Positions 37,205-47,854 of a stretch of 64,000 nucleotides of DNA are shown here, in pieces (the first letter of the stretch is position 1; each line of letters starts with the position of its first letter). The position numbers were made by a program, and so were the translations under genes. Under the pieces are notes generated by a model. It saw only the letters and a program-made list of their open reading frames with translations, had not been told where the DNA came from and searched no databases. This stretch comes from an uncultured bacterium (GTDB taxonomy: Bacteria; Patescibacteriota; Minisyncoccia; UBA6257; 2-01-FULL-56-20), in NCBI GenBank assembly GCA_963844965.1, contig CAWJQC010000006.1, forward strand, positions 58,014-122,013, read 5' to 3'.

Positions 37205-37312
37205 GTGTAAAACCACTTTGAACTCCTGATAATCTAGCGATGACCCACAGAAAGTAAACACACCGCCGAAAGGGCGGCACGGACGTAGCGGAGAGCGCGC
37301 GGAAATGGGATT

Positions 37313-37912
37313 CTATTTATGATTCTTGATAATCTGGTCAATGATGCCGTATTCTCTGGCCTCTTCCGCTGAAAGCCAAAAGTCGCGGTCGGTGTCTTTC
37401 TCTATTTTCGCGAGCGGCTGGCCGGTATGCTTTGCCAAAAGCTGGTTGATCTTCTCCTTGGTCTTGATGATCTGTTTTGCCGCGATTTCCACCTCCACTG
37501 CCTGCCCTTCGGCCCCGCCCATAACCTGGTGCAAAAGCACTTCGGAATTCGGCAGAGCCAAACGCTTGCCCTTCTCGCCGGCGGCCAAAAGGAACGCTCC
37601 CATGGAGGCCGCGATGCCCACACACATCGTCGCCACGTCCGGCTTCACATATTGCATTGAATCGTAGATTGCCATCCCGGCCGTAACCGAGCCACCCGGA
37701 GAATTGATGTAAATCTGGATATCTTTCTTCGGGTCCTCGTGCTCCAAAAACAAGAGCTGGGCGATCACCGTGTTCGCCACCGGATCAGTGATTGGCCCGC
37801 CCAAGAAGATAATGCGTTCTTTGAGCAGGCGCGAATAAATATCATAAGCCCGCTCGCCGAATTGCGATTTCTCTATGACCGTCGGGATTAAATATTGATC
37901 GAATTCATCCAT
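37313..37912 (-). CDS. clpP: ATP-dependent Clp protease proteolytic subunit
   Basis: ...[61 protein letters not shown]... Confidence 0.9.
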   Translation of the reverse strand: MDEFDQYLIPTVIEKSQFGERAYDIYSRLLKERIIFLGGPITDPVANTVIAQLLFLEHEDPKKDIQIYINSPGGSVTAGMAIYDSMQYVKPDVATMCVGIAASMGAFLLAAGEKGKRLALPNSEVLLHQVMGGAEGQAVEVEIAAKQIIKTKEKINQLLAKHTGQPLAKIEKDTDRDFWLSAEEAREYGIIDQIIKNHK

Positions 37913-38007
37913 AGTTGTAATTATAAAGGTTTTTAAAATTTAAATCAATTTCCAAAAACCGCCGAATCATCAAATTCGGCGGTTTTGTAGTTTACCAGCC
38001 GATAATC

Positions 38008-40044
38008 CTAAATAAACAAGGTCACGAGTGCCAAACTTAAAGTTGCCAAAAGTTTTATGAGAATATGAATTGACGGCCCCGCCGTATCTTTGAACGGGTC
38101 TCCTACCGTGTCTCCTGTTACCGCGGCCTTGTGCGTCTCGGAGCCTTTGCCGCCAAAGTGGCCGGCTTCAATGAATTTCTTGGCGTTGTCCCAGGCGCCG
38201 CCGCTATTATTGAAGAGTGTCGCCGTAATTATGCCGACGATTGTTCCCGTTATCATGAGCCCCGCCTCGGCTTCGGCTCTCAGAACTAAACCGACGAATA
38301 TCGGCACGGCAATAGCCAAAAGCCCCGGCAAGATCATCTGTTTCAAGGCGCCGCGCGTCGTGATGTCCACCGCTTGGTGATAATCCGGCTTCTCCGTCCC
38401 TTTCATAATTCCCGGATGCTCTTTAAACTGCCTGCGCACCTCGTTGATGATGGCGTAAGCGGCCTTGCTCACGGCGCGGATGGCGAAGGCCGAAAATACG
38501 AAGACGAGTACCGCGCCGAGCAAGGAACCCACGAAAACTTTCACATCGTCCAAATTGACCGACGAAAGGTGTGCTTCCTGAAGGTAGGCATTGAACAAGA
38601 GGAATGCTGCGAGCGCCGCGGAGCCGATGGCGTATCCTTTCGTCAAGGCCTTGGTTGTGTTGCCGGCGGAGTCCAAACGGTCCATAACGTCGCGCATCTC
38701 GCCACTTTCCCCAGCCATCTCGGCGATGCCGGCGCCGTTGTCAACGATCGGGCCGAATGTGTCCATCGCCAAAATATAAGCCGCAGTCGCGAGCATACCC
38801 ATCGTGGCGACCGCCGTCCCATAAATGCCGCCGCCCTGAACGCCGCTCATATTGCCCAGCCAGTAGGAAAGAAGTAGTGCCAGGGAAATAACGATAACGG
38901 TCGGGCCAGTGGACTCAAGCCCAACGGAGAAGCCGGTGATGATGTTAGTCGCGTGGCCGGTCTGCGACGCCTCGGCGATGGATTTCACGGGGCGATACTT
39001 GGCATCCGTGTAATACTGCGTGAGATAGACAAAGACGATACTCGTAGCTATGCCCACCAAACCGGCGTAGAAGAACCAGATGTTGCCGAGCATCTTCTCG
39101 GTGATGAAATAAAAAGCGATGGCGGCGAGAGCGCTCGTCACGAAATACCCCTTATTCATCGCCTTCATCGGCGAATCGGTCTCCTTGGCGCGGGCGAAGA
39201 AAATGCCGATGATGGAAGCCAAAAGTCCGAAAGCCCGCAGGACCAGCGGATACAAGATAATAGAAATGCCGAATGTTGGATAGAGAGCGACGCCCAGAAT
39301 CATCGCGCCGATGTTCTCCGCCGCGGTTGACTCAAACAGATCCGCTCCGCGGCCGGCGCAGTCGCCGACGTTGTCGCCAACCAGATCGGCGACAACCGCT
39401 GCGTTTCTCGGGTCGTCTTCCGGTATCCCTTCCTCAATTTTTCCCACGAGGTCGGCGCCGACATCGGCGGCCTTCGTGTAAATCCCGCCGCCCAATTGCG
39501 CGAAGAGCGCGATCAAAGACGCGCCGAAAGCATAGGCCGCTATGAGAGACGGTATCTGAACCGCCTCATAGCCGAACAGACTGAAAATGCCGAAAAGCCC
39601 GGCGACTCCAAGCAAACTCAAAGACACGATCATAAAACCGGAAACGGCGCCGCCGCGCAAGGCGATAGTCAGCGCCTCGTTAAAACTTCTTTTAGCCGCG
39701 GAAGCGGAACGGAAATTGCTCCGGACGGCGACCGACATCCCGATTATCCCGGAAACAGCGGAAGAGGCCGCACCGAAGAGAAAGGCCATTGCCGTCTGCC
39801 AGCCGGTAGTCGGCTTGCCGACAGAAACATAAGTAAGCCACAAGCCGATAGCGATAATGATGCCTATCAAGGTGATCGTTTTATATTGTCTCTTTATGAA
39901 AGCGGATGCTCCTTCGCGTATCGCCTGCGCGATTTCCTGCATCTTCGCCGTCCCTTTGTCTTTTTTGAGCAACCAAAAGATAAAATAAACAGCGACCCCT
40001 ATCGCAAAAACCGGTATCACGAGCGGAATTGCTAAAGCACTCAT
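38008..40044 (-). CDS. hppA: Membrane-bound proton-translocating pyrophosphatase (H+-PPase)
   Basis: 678 aa polytopic; GDNVGDCAGRGADLFES and the other H+-PPase signatures. Confidence 0.9.
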   Translation of the reverse strand: MSALAIPLVIPVFAIGVAVYFIFWLLKKDKGTAKMQEIAQAIREGASAFIKRQYKTITLIGIIIAIGLWLTYVSVGKPTTGWQTAMAFLFGAASSAVSGIIGMSVAVRSNFRSASAAKRSFNEALTIALRGGAVSGFMIVSLSLLGVAGLFGIFSLFGYEAVQIPSLIAAYAFGASLIALFAQLGGGIYTKAADVGADLVGKIEEGIPEDDPRNAAVVADLVGDNVGDCAGRGADLFESTAAENIGAMILGVALYPTFGISIILYPLVLRAFGLLASIIGIFFARAKETDSPMKAMNKGYFVTSALAAIAFYFITEKMLGNIWFFYAGLVGIATSIVFVYLTQYYTDAKYRPVKSIAEASQTGHATNIITGFSVGLESTGPTVIVISLALLLSYWLGNMSGVQGGGIYGTAVATMGMLATAAYILAMDTFGPIVDNGAGIAEMAGESGEMRDVMDRLDSAGNTTKALTKGYAIGSAALAAFLLFNAYLQEAHLSSVNLDDVKVFVGSLLGAVLVFVFSAFAIRAVSKAAYAIINEVRRQFKEHPGIMKGTEKPDYHQAVDITTRGALKQMILPGLLAIAVPIFVGLVLRAEAEAGLMITGTIVGIITATLFNNSGGAWDNAKKFIEAGHFGGKGSETHKAAVTGDTVGDPFKDTAGPSIHILIKLLATLSLALVTLFI

Positions 40045-40180
40045 GTTAGTTTTTTATTTATTAATTTATGCCAGCGACTTTTTTAATTAAAAATTCGCCC
40101 ACTCCAGAACCTAAGTTATCCCTCAAACCGAAAACTGCTATTCGTAATTATCACCCAATTTCTCCGCCCGCTCAAGTTCT

Positions 40181-41473
40181 TTATGCCTCGGCTGTTTCGT
40201 TCGCTTCGCCCACGTCTTCGGCATCCGCATCCACAGGCGCGGTTCCGGCGATTCCGCCCTCCTGTACTTCTTCCGGCCGCCTGTCGGAACGAACATCTAT
40301 TTTCCAACCGGTTAATTTTGCCGCAAGCCGCACGTTTTGGCCGCCCTTGCCGATTGCCAAACTCAGCTGGTCTTCCGGCACGTATACCCGCGCTTCGCGG
40401 CGCGGAAGAATTTCAACTCTCTGCACTTTCGCCGGGGACAAAGCATTACCGATGAATTTTTCCGGGTCGTCGGAATATTCAGCGATATCAATCTTTTCCT
40501 GCCCAAGCTCGTTATTCACGGACATCACGCGTGTTCCCCGCTGGCCGACCAGGCGTGCCACGGGATCCACACCCTCGCCCTTGGAAATGACCGCTAATTT
40601 GGTCCGGTTTCCCGGCTCGCGCGCGATAGATTTAACCTCAACAATTCCCTCGGCGAGTTCCGGCACTTCCATGCGGAAAAGTTCTGTGACGAATTTCGGA
40701 TGCGAGCGCGAGAGAATAATTCCCGGCAAACGCGCATCCTCCTGCACGGCAAGAACCAGGAACCGCAGACGTTCGCCGACGCGATAGTGTTCTCCGGGAA
40801 TTGATTCGTTCGCGAACATCACGCCGATGGTGCGGCCGAGGTCAATGTAAACGTGGCCGCGCTCAAATCGCTGTACGACGCCGCTTACGATGCCTCCCTC
40901 TTTGTCGCGCCATTCCGTCAAAATAGAATCCCTTTCGGATTCACGGAGTTTTTGCAGAACAACCTGCTTCGCCGTTTGCGCCGCGATTCTGCCGAAATCC
41001 TCACGCGTCTCAAGCGGAAATGTAAGTTCTTCCCCGAGTTCCGCGTCCTTTTTTATTTTCTTCGCTTCTTCCAGAAGTATGTGCCGTTCGGGATTGTAAC
41101 GCGGCAGCTTGGATTCTTCCTCGCCGAGGGCGGCTGCCGGTTTTTCTTCCGCTTTTTCGGCGCGCTTTGCGGCCGGCCCGCCTGCCGGCGAGGCAGGTGC
41201 TCCGGCTTCACCGCCGGCAGCCGCGGCCTCCTCCTCGCCCTCTTCAACAAAACGCACCGTTGTCTCGTCAACGACGGCTTTCACCTGCCAGAATTTAAGC
41301 TCGCCGGTTTTTAAATCCAGTTTCGCCTTTACGATCTCGCCGCGCTCGCCGTATTCTTTTTTATAGGCGGCGGCGATGGAAGATTCTATTGCCTCCAGCA
41401 CTTTTTCGGGCTCAAGCCCCTTTTCTTCGGCGACCTGTTTCAGCGCCCTTCCCAGATCTTTAACGTTCAACAT
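40181..41473 (-). CDS. nusA: Transcription termination/antitermination factor NusA
   Basis: MLNVKDLGRALKQVAEEKGLEPEKVLEAIE... with S1 and KH domains and an Ala/Glu-rich insertion. The tracked ORF starts 19 codons further upstream (41530). Confidence 0.85.
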   Translation of the reverse strand: MLNVKDLGRALKQVAEEKGLEPEKVLEAIESSIAAAYKKEYGERGEIVKAKLDLKTGELKFWQVKAVVDETTVRFVEEGEEEAAAAGGEAGAPASPAGGPAAKRAEKAEEKPAAALGEEESKLPRYNPERHILLEEAKKIKKDAELGEELTFPLETREDFGRIAAQTAKQVVLQKLRESERDSILTEWRDKEGGIVSGVVQRFERGHVYIDLGRTIGVMFANESIPGEHYRVGERLRFLVLAVQEDARLPGIILSRSHPKFVTELFRMEVPELAEGIVEVKSIAREPGNRTKLAVISKGEGVDPVARLVGQRGTRVMSVNNELGQEKIDIAEYSDDPEKFIGNALSPAKVQRVEILPRREARVYVPEDQLSLAIGKGGQNVRLAAKLTGWKIDVRSDRRPEEVQEGGIAGTAPVDADAEDVGEANETAEA

Positions 41474-41613
41474 GTTGATTTTATTTATTTTATCATCTGC
41501 CGCAATTCGTGAGCCATCCCTTAATAGCACAAAATCCGCTTTAAAAGCGGATGCCTATGATTCTATTATACTACGGCGGGCGGTGCAGTCAAGAACTATC
41601 GCGCATTTGTCGC

Positions 41614-42018
41614 CTAGATATTTTCGTAATATCTAATTTCTTTGTCCATCGTAATGGGATTTTTAAGAGTTATTGCCAAGAGATCAATGCGCCAGCCTTT
41701 GCGGTCCTCTATCAAATCCACGTGTTTGCCGGCAAATGCTTCGCAGGCCCGCCGCAGTTTCTTGAGCTTTGCCGCGGTCATATTGTCCTCGGGCGCCAAT
41801 CTGTCCCCCGGGCCGCCGGGATCGCCAAACGTCTTCACTTCAACAAAAACAAGTGTCCTGTCCTTCGCGCGGCAGATAATATCTATCTCATCCCATTTTT
41901 CCTTGTAGTTGCGCTTCAAAATCTTATATCCCTTGTCAACAAGATATTCACAGGCCAAATCTTCGCCGATTTTGCCGATGGTTAAATTTTTTGGCTTAGA
42001 TGTTCCACCGCTAAACAT
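41614..42018 (-). CDS. yraN: YraN-family (UPF0102) endonuclease-like protein
   Basis: LTIGKIGEDLACEYLVDKGYKILKRNY...IDIICRAKDRTLVFVEVKTF. The start is set at the second Met (MFSGG..). Confidence 0.65.
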   Translation of the reverse strand: MFSGGTSKPKNLTIGKIGEDLACEYLVDKGYKILKRNYKEKWDEIDIICRAKDRTLVFVEVKTFGDPGGPGDRLAPEDNMTAAKLKKLRRACEAFAGKHVDLIEDRKGWRIDLLAITLKNPITMDKEIRYYENI

Positions 42019-42065
42019 TTTTGTTATAATATTAGTGTAAATCAGCAAACATCGCAATCCGCCAA

Positions 42066-42512
42066 ATGATAAGCCAACGGGGGACAAAAACAAAACTGTC
42101 GTATGAGTATATAAGGGGCCTAACCGAAGGAGAGGGAACTTTTACTTTTTGCAATTCTGGCCACAGAAAGATACCGGCTTTTACTATCAAAATGCATGTT
42201 AGAGACAAAAAATTGTTGGAAGCCGTCAGGGATGTTCTTGGCTTGAAAAATAAGGTATACCAATATCATTATCCAGGAAATGATGGTTCGGCGAGGGGTC
42301 CGCAAGCGATGCTTATTGTCCGCGAAATAGGGAATCTTAAGGATGTAATAATACCCCTGTTTGCCAAAAAACTTGCCGGCAACAAGGGTAAACAATTTGA
42401 CGCTTGGATTGAAAAGATATGGGAAGACCCGGACGTGCCACGGGCTTATAAGCTAATCTATAAAATCTATAAATCCGGGTTTTATGATAGAAATCCGAAA
42501 TTTATTTCTTAG
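42066..42512 (+). CDS. Free-standing LAGLIDADG-family homing endonuclease
   Basis: LSYEYIRGLTEGEGTFTF (single LAGLIDADG-type motif), KLLEAVRDVLGLKNKVYQY, AMLIVREIGNLKDVIIPLF. Confidence 0.65.
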   Translation: MISQRGTKTKLSYEYIRGLTEGEGTFTFCNSGHRKIPAFTIKMHVRDKKLLEAVRDVLGLKNKVYQYHYPGNDGSARGPQAMLIVREIGNLKDVIIPLFAKKLAGNKGKQFDAWIEKIWEDPDVPRAYKLIYKIYKSGFYDRNPKFIS

Positions 42513-42778
42513 GAGAGGAGAATGGATGTTTGCTGAATTACAATTGTTTCGCGATTTACAAAATTTTTATAGGAATCTATATTTTTCAACGTTTCCAGGT
42601 AAGCTTGAAAAATAAGCATTGGGCGATAAACAAACAAAAATGTTTGTCAAAAATCGTGGCGAGGCTTATTTTATGGGCTTTATCGGTTTTGCCGCATTAC
42701 TTTGCCGTATTTTTGCCGTAATTTATTGCCGATGTGCCTCGCTTGACTTCTTATGCCAGCTAATTATCCTTTAAAAAC

Positions 42779-43114
42779 ATGGACCAGCAAAAACTCAACG
42801 AATATAAAAAAGAGTTGGAAGCGACGCGCGCCGAACTGCTTGCGGAGCTAAAAAAGGATGAGAAGCCGGAGGATTTTGGCGGTGACGTTGACCATGGCGA
42901 AGAGGAAGAAAACGAGACAGAAAGCTTCAGCGAGCAAGTAGCGCTCGGACAATCACACAAAGAACAAATCAACGATATTGATATTGCTCTGAGCAAAATT
43001 GAGACCGGCAAATTCGGGATTTGCGAAAAATGTGGCCGTGAAATAGAAGAAAGAGTATTGCGCATCACGCCAGAATCGCGGCTCTGTAGGGCTTGCAAGA
43101 CAAACAAGAAGTAG
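42779..43114 (+). CDS. DksA/TraR-family C4 zinc-finger protein
   Basis: C-terminal CEKCGREIEERVLRITPESRLCRAC. Confidence 0.65.
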   Translation: MDQQKLNEYKKELEATRAELLAELKKDEKPEDFGGDVDHGEEEENETESFSEQVALGQSHKEQINDIDIALSKIETGKFGICEKCGREIEERVLRITPESRLCRACKTNKK

Positions 43115-44655
43115 TGTATAAGGAGGGGGTGCAAAAAAACTTAGCGCGCGTCTATTCAGCTGAACTGGAGGGAATAAAAGCAAAACTCATTGAAGTGGAG
43201 GTGGATTTGAATGTCGGCCTCCACTCTTTTAACATCGTCGGCCTTGCCGATAAGGCACTGAACGAAGCGAAGGAACGCGTCAATTCCGCCTTGAAAAATT
43301 CCGGCATCAAGCCGCCGAACAGAGAGAACAGAAAAATAACCGTGAACCTTGCGCCGGCGGACGTGAAGAAAGCCGGCTCGCAATATGATTTGGCTATCGC
43401 CATTGGCTACCTGCTCGCAACAAAGCAAATCGTGGAATTTGACGCGAAAAATAAGATTTTCTTGGGGGAGCTCGCGCTTGACGGCCGCCTGCGGCCGGTT
43501 AATGGCGCTTTAAATATCGCCGAACTCGCGGAAAAATCGGAATTTGAATATTTGTTTTTGCCGCAACAGAACGCCAACGAAGCCGCCGTCGTAAAGAACG
43601 TGAAGGTAATTCCGCTTGAAACGCTGGAGGACGCGATAGATTTTCTTGAGGAACGCAAATCCATAAAGCCGGTGGATTTCAGTCCGCTCGCTGCCGAGGA
43701 AATTCAGGCGCCGGATTTTTCCGAAATAAAATCGCAGGAGAATGCCAAACGCGCGCTTACGATTGCCGCAGCCGGCGGACACAATCTTCTGATGATCGGG
43801 CCGCCGGGAGTAGGGAAGAGCTTACTCGCCCAAGCAATGATTGGGATTCTGCCCGACCTCGCGCTTCCGGAAGCAATAGAAATCACGAAGATATATAGCG
43901 CCGCGGGACTCAGCCCCGGAGGACTCATGAAACAGCGGCCTTTCCGTTCGCCGCATCAGACGGCATCAATCGTCGCGGTCGTTGGCGGCGGCACGGACCC
44001 GAAACCCGGCGAGATAAGCTTGGCGCACCGCGGCATATTGTTTCTTGACGAACTGCCGGAGTTCCAGAAAAACATACTGGAGGCCCTGCGCCAGCCGATG
44101 GAATCGGGAACTGTGCACGTGGCACGCGCCAAAGGAACACTTGTGTTTCCTGCTAAATTCACGCTTGTCGCCGCGATGAACCCCTGCCCCTGCGGTTTCT
44201 ACGGCGACCCGGAAAAGGAATGTAAATGCACGGCCTACGAAGTAATCCGCTACCAGAAAAAGATCTCCGGGCCGCTTTTGGACAGGATTGACCTGCAAAT
44301 CAAGGTTCCGCGCGTAAAAATCGCGGAACTGCGGGAACGTAAAAATGCTGAACCTCAAAGTCCGAGCATCAAAAAACAAATTGAGCGCGTGCGGAAAATC
44401 CAGGCCGAGCGATTTGCCCGGCTCAAGATACAGACCAACTCCGAAATGAGTTCGCGCCAGGCGGAGGAAATGATTAAATTTGAACCCGGCGCGGAAAAGT
44501 TTTTGGAAACACTGGACCGCTCGCGCCTATCACCCCGCGGCTACTACCGTTTACTAAAAACCGCCCGCACCATCGCGGATCTGGAAAATCAGGAAAAGGT
44601 TTCTGCGGAACATTTGGCCGAGGCGTTTAGCTATCGGCTGAGAGAAGAAGTTTAA
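43093..44655 (+). CDS. YifB/ComM-family Mg-chelatase-like AAA+ ATPase
   Basis: ...LLMIGPPGVGKSLLAQAMIGILPDL...LFLDELPEF... Confidence 0.85.
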   Translation: MQDKQEVVYKEGVQKNLARVYSAELEGIKAKLIEVEVDLNVGLHSFNIVGLADKALNEAKERVNSALKNSGIKPPNRENRKITVNLAPADVKKAGSQYDLAIAIGYLLATKQIVEFDAKNKIFLGELALDGRLRPVNGALNIAELAEKSEFEYLFLPQQNANEAAVVKNVKVIPLETLEDAIDFLEERKSIKPVDFSPLAAEEIQAPDFSEIKSQENAKRALTIAAAGGHNLLMIGPPGVGKSLLAQAMIGILPDLALPEAIEITKIYSAAGLSPGGLMKQRPFRSPHQTASIVAVVGGGTDPKPGEISLAHRGILFLDELPEFQKNILEALRQPMESGTVHVARAKGTLVFPAKFTLVAAMNPCPCGFYGDPEKECKCTAYEVIRYQKKISGPLLDRIDLQIKVPRVKIAELRERKNAEPQSPSIKKQIERVRKIQAERFARLKIQTNSEMSSRQAEEMIKFEPGAEKFLETLDRSRLSPRGYYRLLKTARTIADLENQEKVSAEHLAEAFSYRLREEV

Positions 44656-44755
44656 CTAAACCAACGCGGTTGGCGGCACACTTCCTGGTTTAACCTTGTT
44701 TTATTTGATTTTTTCGCCTTTCTATAGTTATAAACAGTTAATCCACAACAAGGGC

Positions 44756-44783
44756 TTGACACCTGTCGTGCATATGCTAGAAT
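44756..44783 (+). promoter_or_regulatory. Strong sigma70-like promoter (TTGACA-N16-TAGAAT) at the head of the AT-rich island
   Basis: gggcTTGACAcctgtcgtgcatatgcTAGAATc. Confidence 0.45.
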
Positions 44784-44828
44784 CTAAGCAAATAGTCGAA
44801 ATGGGTGTAATAGCAAAATACTAATCAA

Positions 44829-45068
44829 ATGGTGGAAGAAATCAATAAAAACAAGGCGGAAACGCCGCGGGAAAGGTTCGTGAGGTTGGCCACCCAAAGG
44901 ACAAATGAGGTCCTGAAACGGCTGAGGGTCTTAGGCAATTGTTCAAATCGCAGTGCCTACGAGTATGAAGAAAAGGATGTGGAGAAAATATTTGGAGAAA
45001 TTGACAAGAAAGCAAAGGAGGTTAAATCGAAGTTCCAACAATCAAAACATAGGGAATTCAAATTATAG
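44829..45068 (+). CDS. Hypothetical small basic protein (first gene of the island operon)
   Basis: 79 aa; its stop lies 3 nt before the start of the next gene. Confidence 0.4.
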   Translation: MVEEINKNKAETPRERFVRLATQRTNEVLKRLRVLGNCSNRSAYEYEEKDVEKIFGEIDKKAKEVKSKFQQSKHREFKL

Positions 45069-45070
45069 AA

Positions 45071-46954
45071 ATGACGGAATTAATCCAACCTCAAAATCGC
45101 GAGAGGGATTTAAGGGCCGCACTAGATGGTTACCGCGCCCACGTCGAGCATGATGAATGGTTCACAGAAGCATTCCAGAAAGACGTCATTCAAAATAGTT
45201 GGGACGCTAGGGAGGATAAAAAACACGGCCACGGATGGAGCTGCTCAATCTTACTCAATTCAAAAATATTTAATGGCAAGAGGGGGATTGTCATCAGTGA
45301 TGCGGGCACGAAGGGACTGACGGGGAGAATACCGACATCGCAGAATAATTTACTTCAAATTTTGAAGGATGGGCAATTCTCAGATAGACTAGCGTTCTTT
45401 TTGAGTTCACAATGGAGCGAACACGAGGAGGGGGAGGGTGGCTCACGCGGGAGGGGAAAAATGTTGCTTCTGGCGGCTTCTGAAGATTGCGAATTTTATT
45501 TTGATTCTTTAAGATTTGATGACCATCGATGTATTTTTGGACGAGTATTTTTAGACGAAAACAAAGAAATAAAAATCAACTTTGAGGTTGGCGAAAGTGG
45601 CAAAAATGAATTGAAAAAAATTCTGCCATTTCAAAAGCCGCTCGCTCAACCGGGAACGAGAATATTTATCCCCAATCCCCGAGCCGATCTAGAAAAAGGG
45701 TTCAGAAAAAACGCGGTGGCTAAATACGTTATGAGAACGTGGTGGGAAATTTTAGAGAAATATAATGCACAAATAAGTATCGGGGTTGATGACGCCATAG
45801 AAAAAGTAAATCAATGCGAGTGGCTCCCTCCATCAAGAATTGTGGAAAAAGAAAATTTAAAGGAATATCCGCCTATTCCTATTCAAAATAATTTGAAAAT
45901 CAAAAGAATTACGCTTGGTTTTTTAAAAGGTAAAAATATCCCGGACAATTATAAAGGCATTCACCTCCAGCGAGCGGGAATGATTATTGAAAGCGTTAAG
46001 CTATATGACCTAGTTCAAGAAAACTGGAACGACAAAATATATGGCATAGTAGAATTCGAACCAGAACTTGAGGAAGAAATGAAAAATCACGAGGGGGTAG
46101 AGCATTATAATTTCTTTTGGACCCACAACCCTCCAAGGTTTGTAAGGCAGATTTTAAAACAAAAAGTGTTGGAGTTCGCTAGGGAACATCATTTATTAGA
46201 AGAGGGCGCAAAACAAGCCAAAGAAATAAAGGAGGCCGAGAATAATGCAGAAAAAATACTTAATAAACTAGCAAAACAATTAAATCTCAAAGGATTTTCG
46301 AGGAAACGAAAAACGCGAACCACAAAAAAGAGGGAAAAAAATGAGAAAATAAGACTTTCAATAAGAGATTTGGAAATCCCACAATCTGGTAGGTTTGAAT
46401 TCGGCGAGTCGTTGAAGGGCGCTTATGCTGTCCCAATTAGCGAGTACGAAAATCAACTCAAAACACGGATATCGGTATCGATTTACGAAAAAAATACCGG
46501 GAGAAATATCATAAATACTTCTGAAGAGAGACTAATTAGTGTATTCAACAACAACCAAGAAGGGGTGGGCTGGAAAACCGTTACAATTGACAAAGAAAAA
46601 TTTAACAGGGGAGCGTATGTTTTTAAAGCAAAAATGATATCGCTGGAAGAAACGAGTGTCGGGTCCACGGCCGTAGAGAAAGGGGAGGAGCTTTACCACC
46701 CTGTCAGTGGAATATTTTGGGTTGACCAAGATCCGGACGAGGAGGGATTCTTTGATGTACGACGGTCAGACAGGGACGAAAAAGAAAAATTCTTTTGGTG
46801 GAGAAATGAGGGATCTGACAAAGTAGATCACTATGTTTTCTACTGGAATGGCGAACACATGGTTTTCAAAGAAATCAGGAACGATAAAACGTCGCTAGAA
46901 TCTGCGCTAGTTCGATTTGGATCAGTTAGCAGCACTTTCCGTAGCTTTTTCTAA
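45071..46954 (+). CDS. GHKL-type (HATPase_c-like) ATPase N-terminal domain fused to a large uncharacterised C-terminal region
   Basis: Bergerat-fold N box FQKDVIQNSWDARED (compare ELIxNSxDA of MutL/HSP90/MORC) and G1 box VISDAGTKGLTG. The remaining ~450 aa have no recognisable motif. Confidence 0.5.
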   Translation: MTELIQPQNRERDLRAALDGYRAHVEHDEWFTEAFQKDVIQNSWDAREDKKHGHGWSCSILLNSKIFNGKRGIVISDAGTKGLTGRIPTSQNNLLQILKDGQFSDRLAFFLSSQWSEHEEGEGGSRGRGKMLLLAASEDCEFYFDSLRFDDHRCIFGRVFLDENKEIKINFEVGESGKNELKKILPFQKPLAQPGTRIFIPNPRADLEKGFRKNAVAKYVMRTWWEILEKYNAQISIGVDDAIEKVNQCEWLPPSRIVEKENLKEYPPIPIQNNLKIKRITLGFLKGKNIPDNYKGIHLQRAGMIIESVKLYDLVQENWNDKIYGIVEFEPELEEEMKNHEGVEHYNFFWTHNPPRFVRQILKQKVLEFAREHHLLEEGAKQAKEIKEAENNAEKILNKLAKQLNLKGFSRKRKTRTTKKREKNEKIRLSIRDLEIPQSGRFEFGESLKGAYAVPISEYENQLKTRISVSIYEKNTGRNIINTSEERLISVFNNNQEGVGWKTVTIDKEKFNRGAYVFKAKMISLEETSVGSTAVEKGEELYHPVSGIFWVDQDPDEEGFFDVRRSDRDEKEKFFWWRNEGSDKVDHYVFYWNGEHMVFKEIRNDKTSLESALVRFGSVSSTFRSFF

Positions 46955-47050
46955 AGCTAAACAAAACAAAAAGGCTTTTGAAAAAATATTCAAATCGGAC
47001 GAACTACGGCTACAAGATTCTGATGATATTTTAAAGGTCATCGTGGGAAG

Positions 47051-47728
47051 ATGGGGACTATTTATGGCGTCGAAATAGGTATGATGGCGATACTTTTACG
47101 AAAAGATAACGAAAAAATTTATTTTTCAGATAAGGGGCCGGTAACTGAGGAGAAAAAAACGAAAGCCGACACTCTGGATGGAGAATTGAATAGTGGGATA
47201 CAACGATTGTTAAAACTTTTTTTAAAAATGCATCTCATCACAAAGAATGGGAGGAAAAAAGACGCACTCAGGGTTTGGTATGGTTTTGGTAAGTTTCTAT
47301 TAGATTTAGCTAATAAGTATAAAATAATCGGCAGCGGCGACGAAATATATTTCTGGCAGGCAATCTACGATCATCTGCCAAAAGAATTTCAGAAGAATCC
47401 TCCACCAAAAAGATTTCGACAACTATCTAAAAATCAATATAGAAAAGCGGCTATTATGGCTCAATATCCGTGGGATACCATCAAGAAAGTAGGAAGGTGG
47501 GCGGTTTGGAACGACATTCTAGATAATCCCAAAATCCTTAATGACAAACGGATTCTTGATTGGATTGTCCGAAAAGTTATCAAAAACCCCCTCCCTCATA
47601 AAGAGATAAGAAAATTTTTATATGCCGTGAGTACGCGTCTTCGTAAAATCGATACTAGCGTTTTAAGTCTTGAGGAGTTGAAACAAAAACTAGATACAGT
47701 GACATTAACCCCTATTTTAAATTCATAA
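47051..47728 (+). CDS. Hypothetical protein
   Basis: 225 aa, Lys-rich, no recognisable motif. Confidence 0.35.
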   Translation: MGTIYGVEIGMMAILLRKDNEKIYFSDKGPVTEEKKTKADTLDGELNSGIQRLLKLFLKMHLITKNGRKKDALRVWYGFGKFLLDLANKYKIIGSGDEIYFWQAIYDHLPKEFQKNPPPKRFRQLSKNQYRKAAIMAQYPWDTIKKVGRWAVWNDILDNPKILNDKRILDWIVRKVIKNPLPHKEIRKFLYAVSTRLRKIDTSVLSLEELKQKLDTVTLTPILNS

Positions 47729-47737
47729 GCCCGCGTA

Positions 47738-47777
47738 GAATTGAGGACATAATATCCTGAAATTAACGGCTCCGGCG
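47738..47777 (+). repeat. 40-bp direct repeat, copy 1
   Basis: gaattgaggacataatatcctgaaattaacggctccggcg; copy 2 at 49221..49260 differs at 2 positions. Confidence 0.6.
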
Positions 47778-47854
47778 GGTGGAGGCCCTGCCTGCCGGTA
47801 GGCAGGGCTAAACCACACCACTAATTCAGTAACACCCCTTCAGTAACGCCCTGC

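Noticed and set aside
38090-40035. + strand ORFs of 60-180 aa within 38.0-40.0 kb
   Set aside because: They are antisense to the 678-aa H+-pyrophosphatase gene, so they are shadows.
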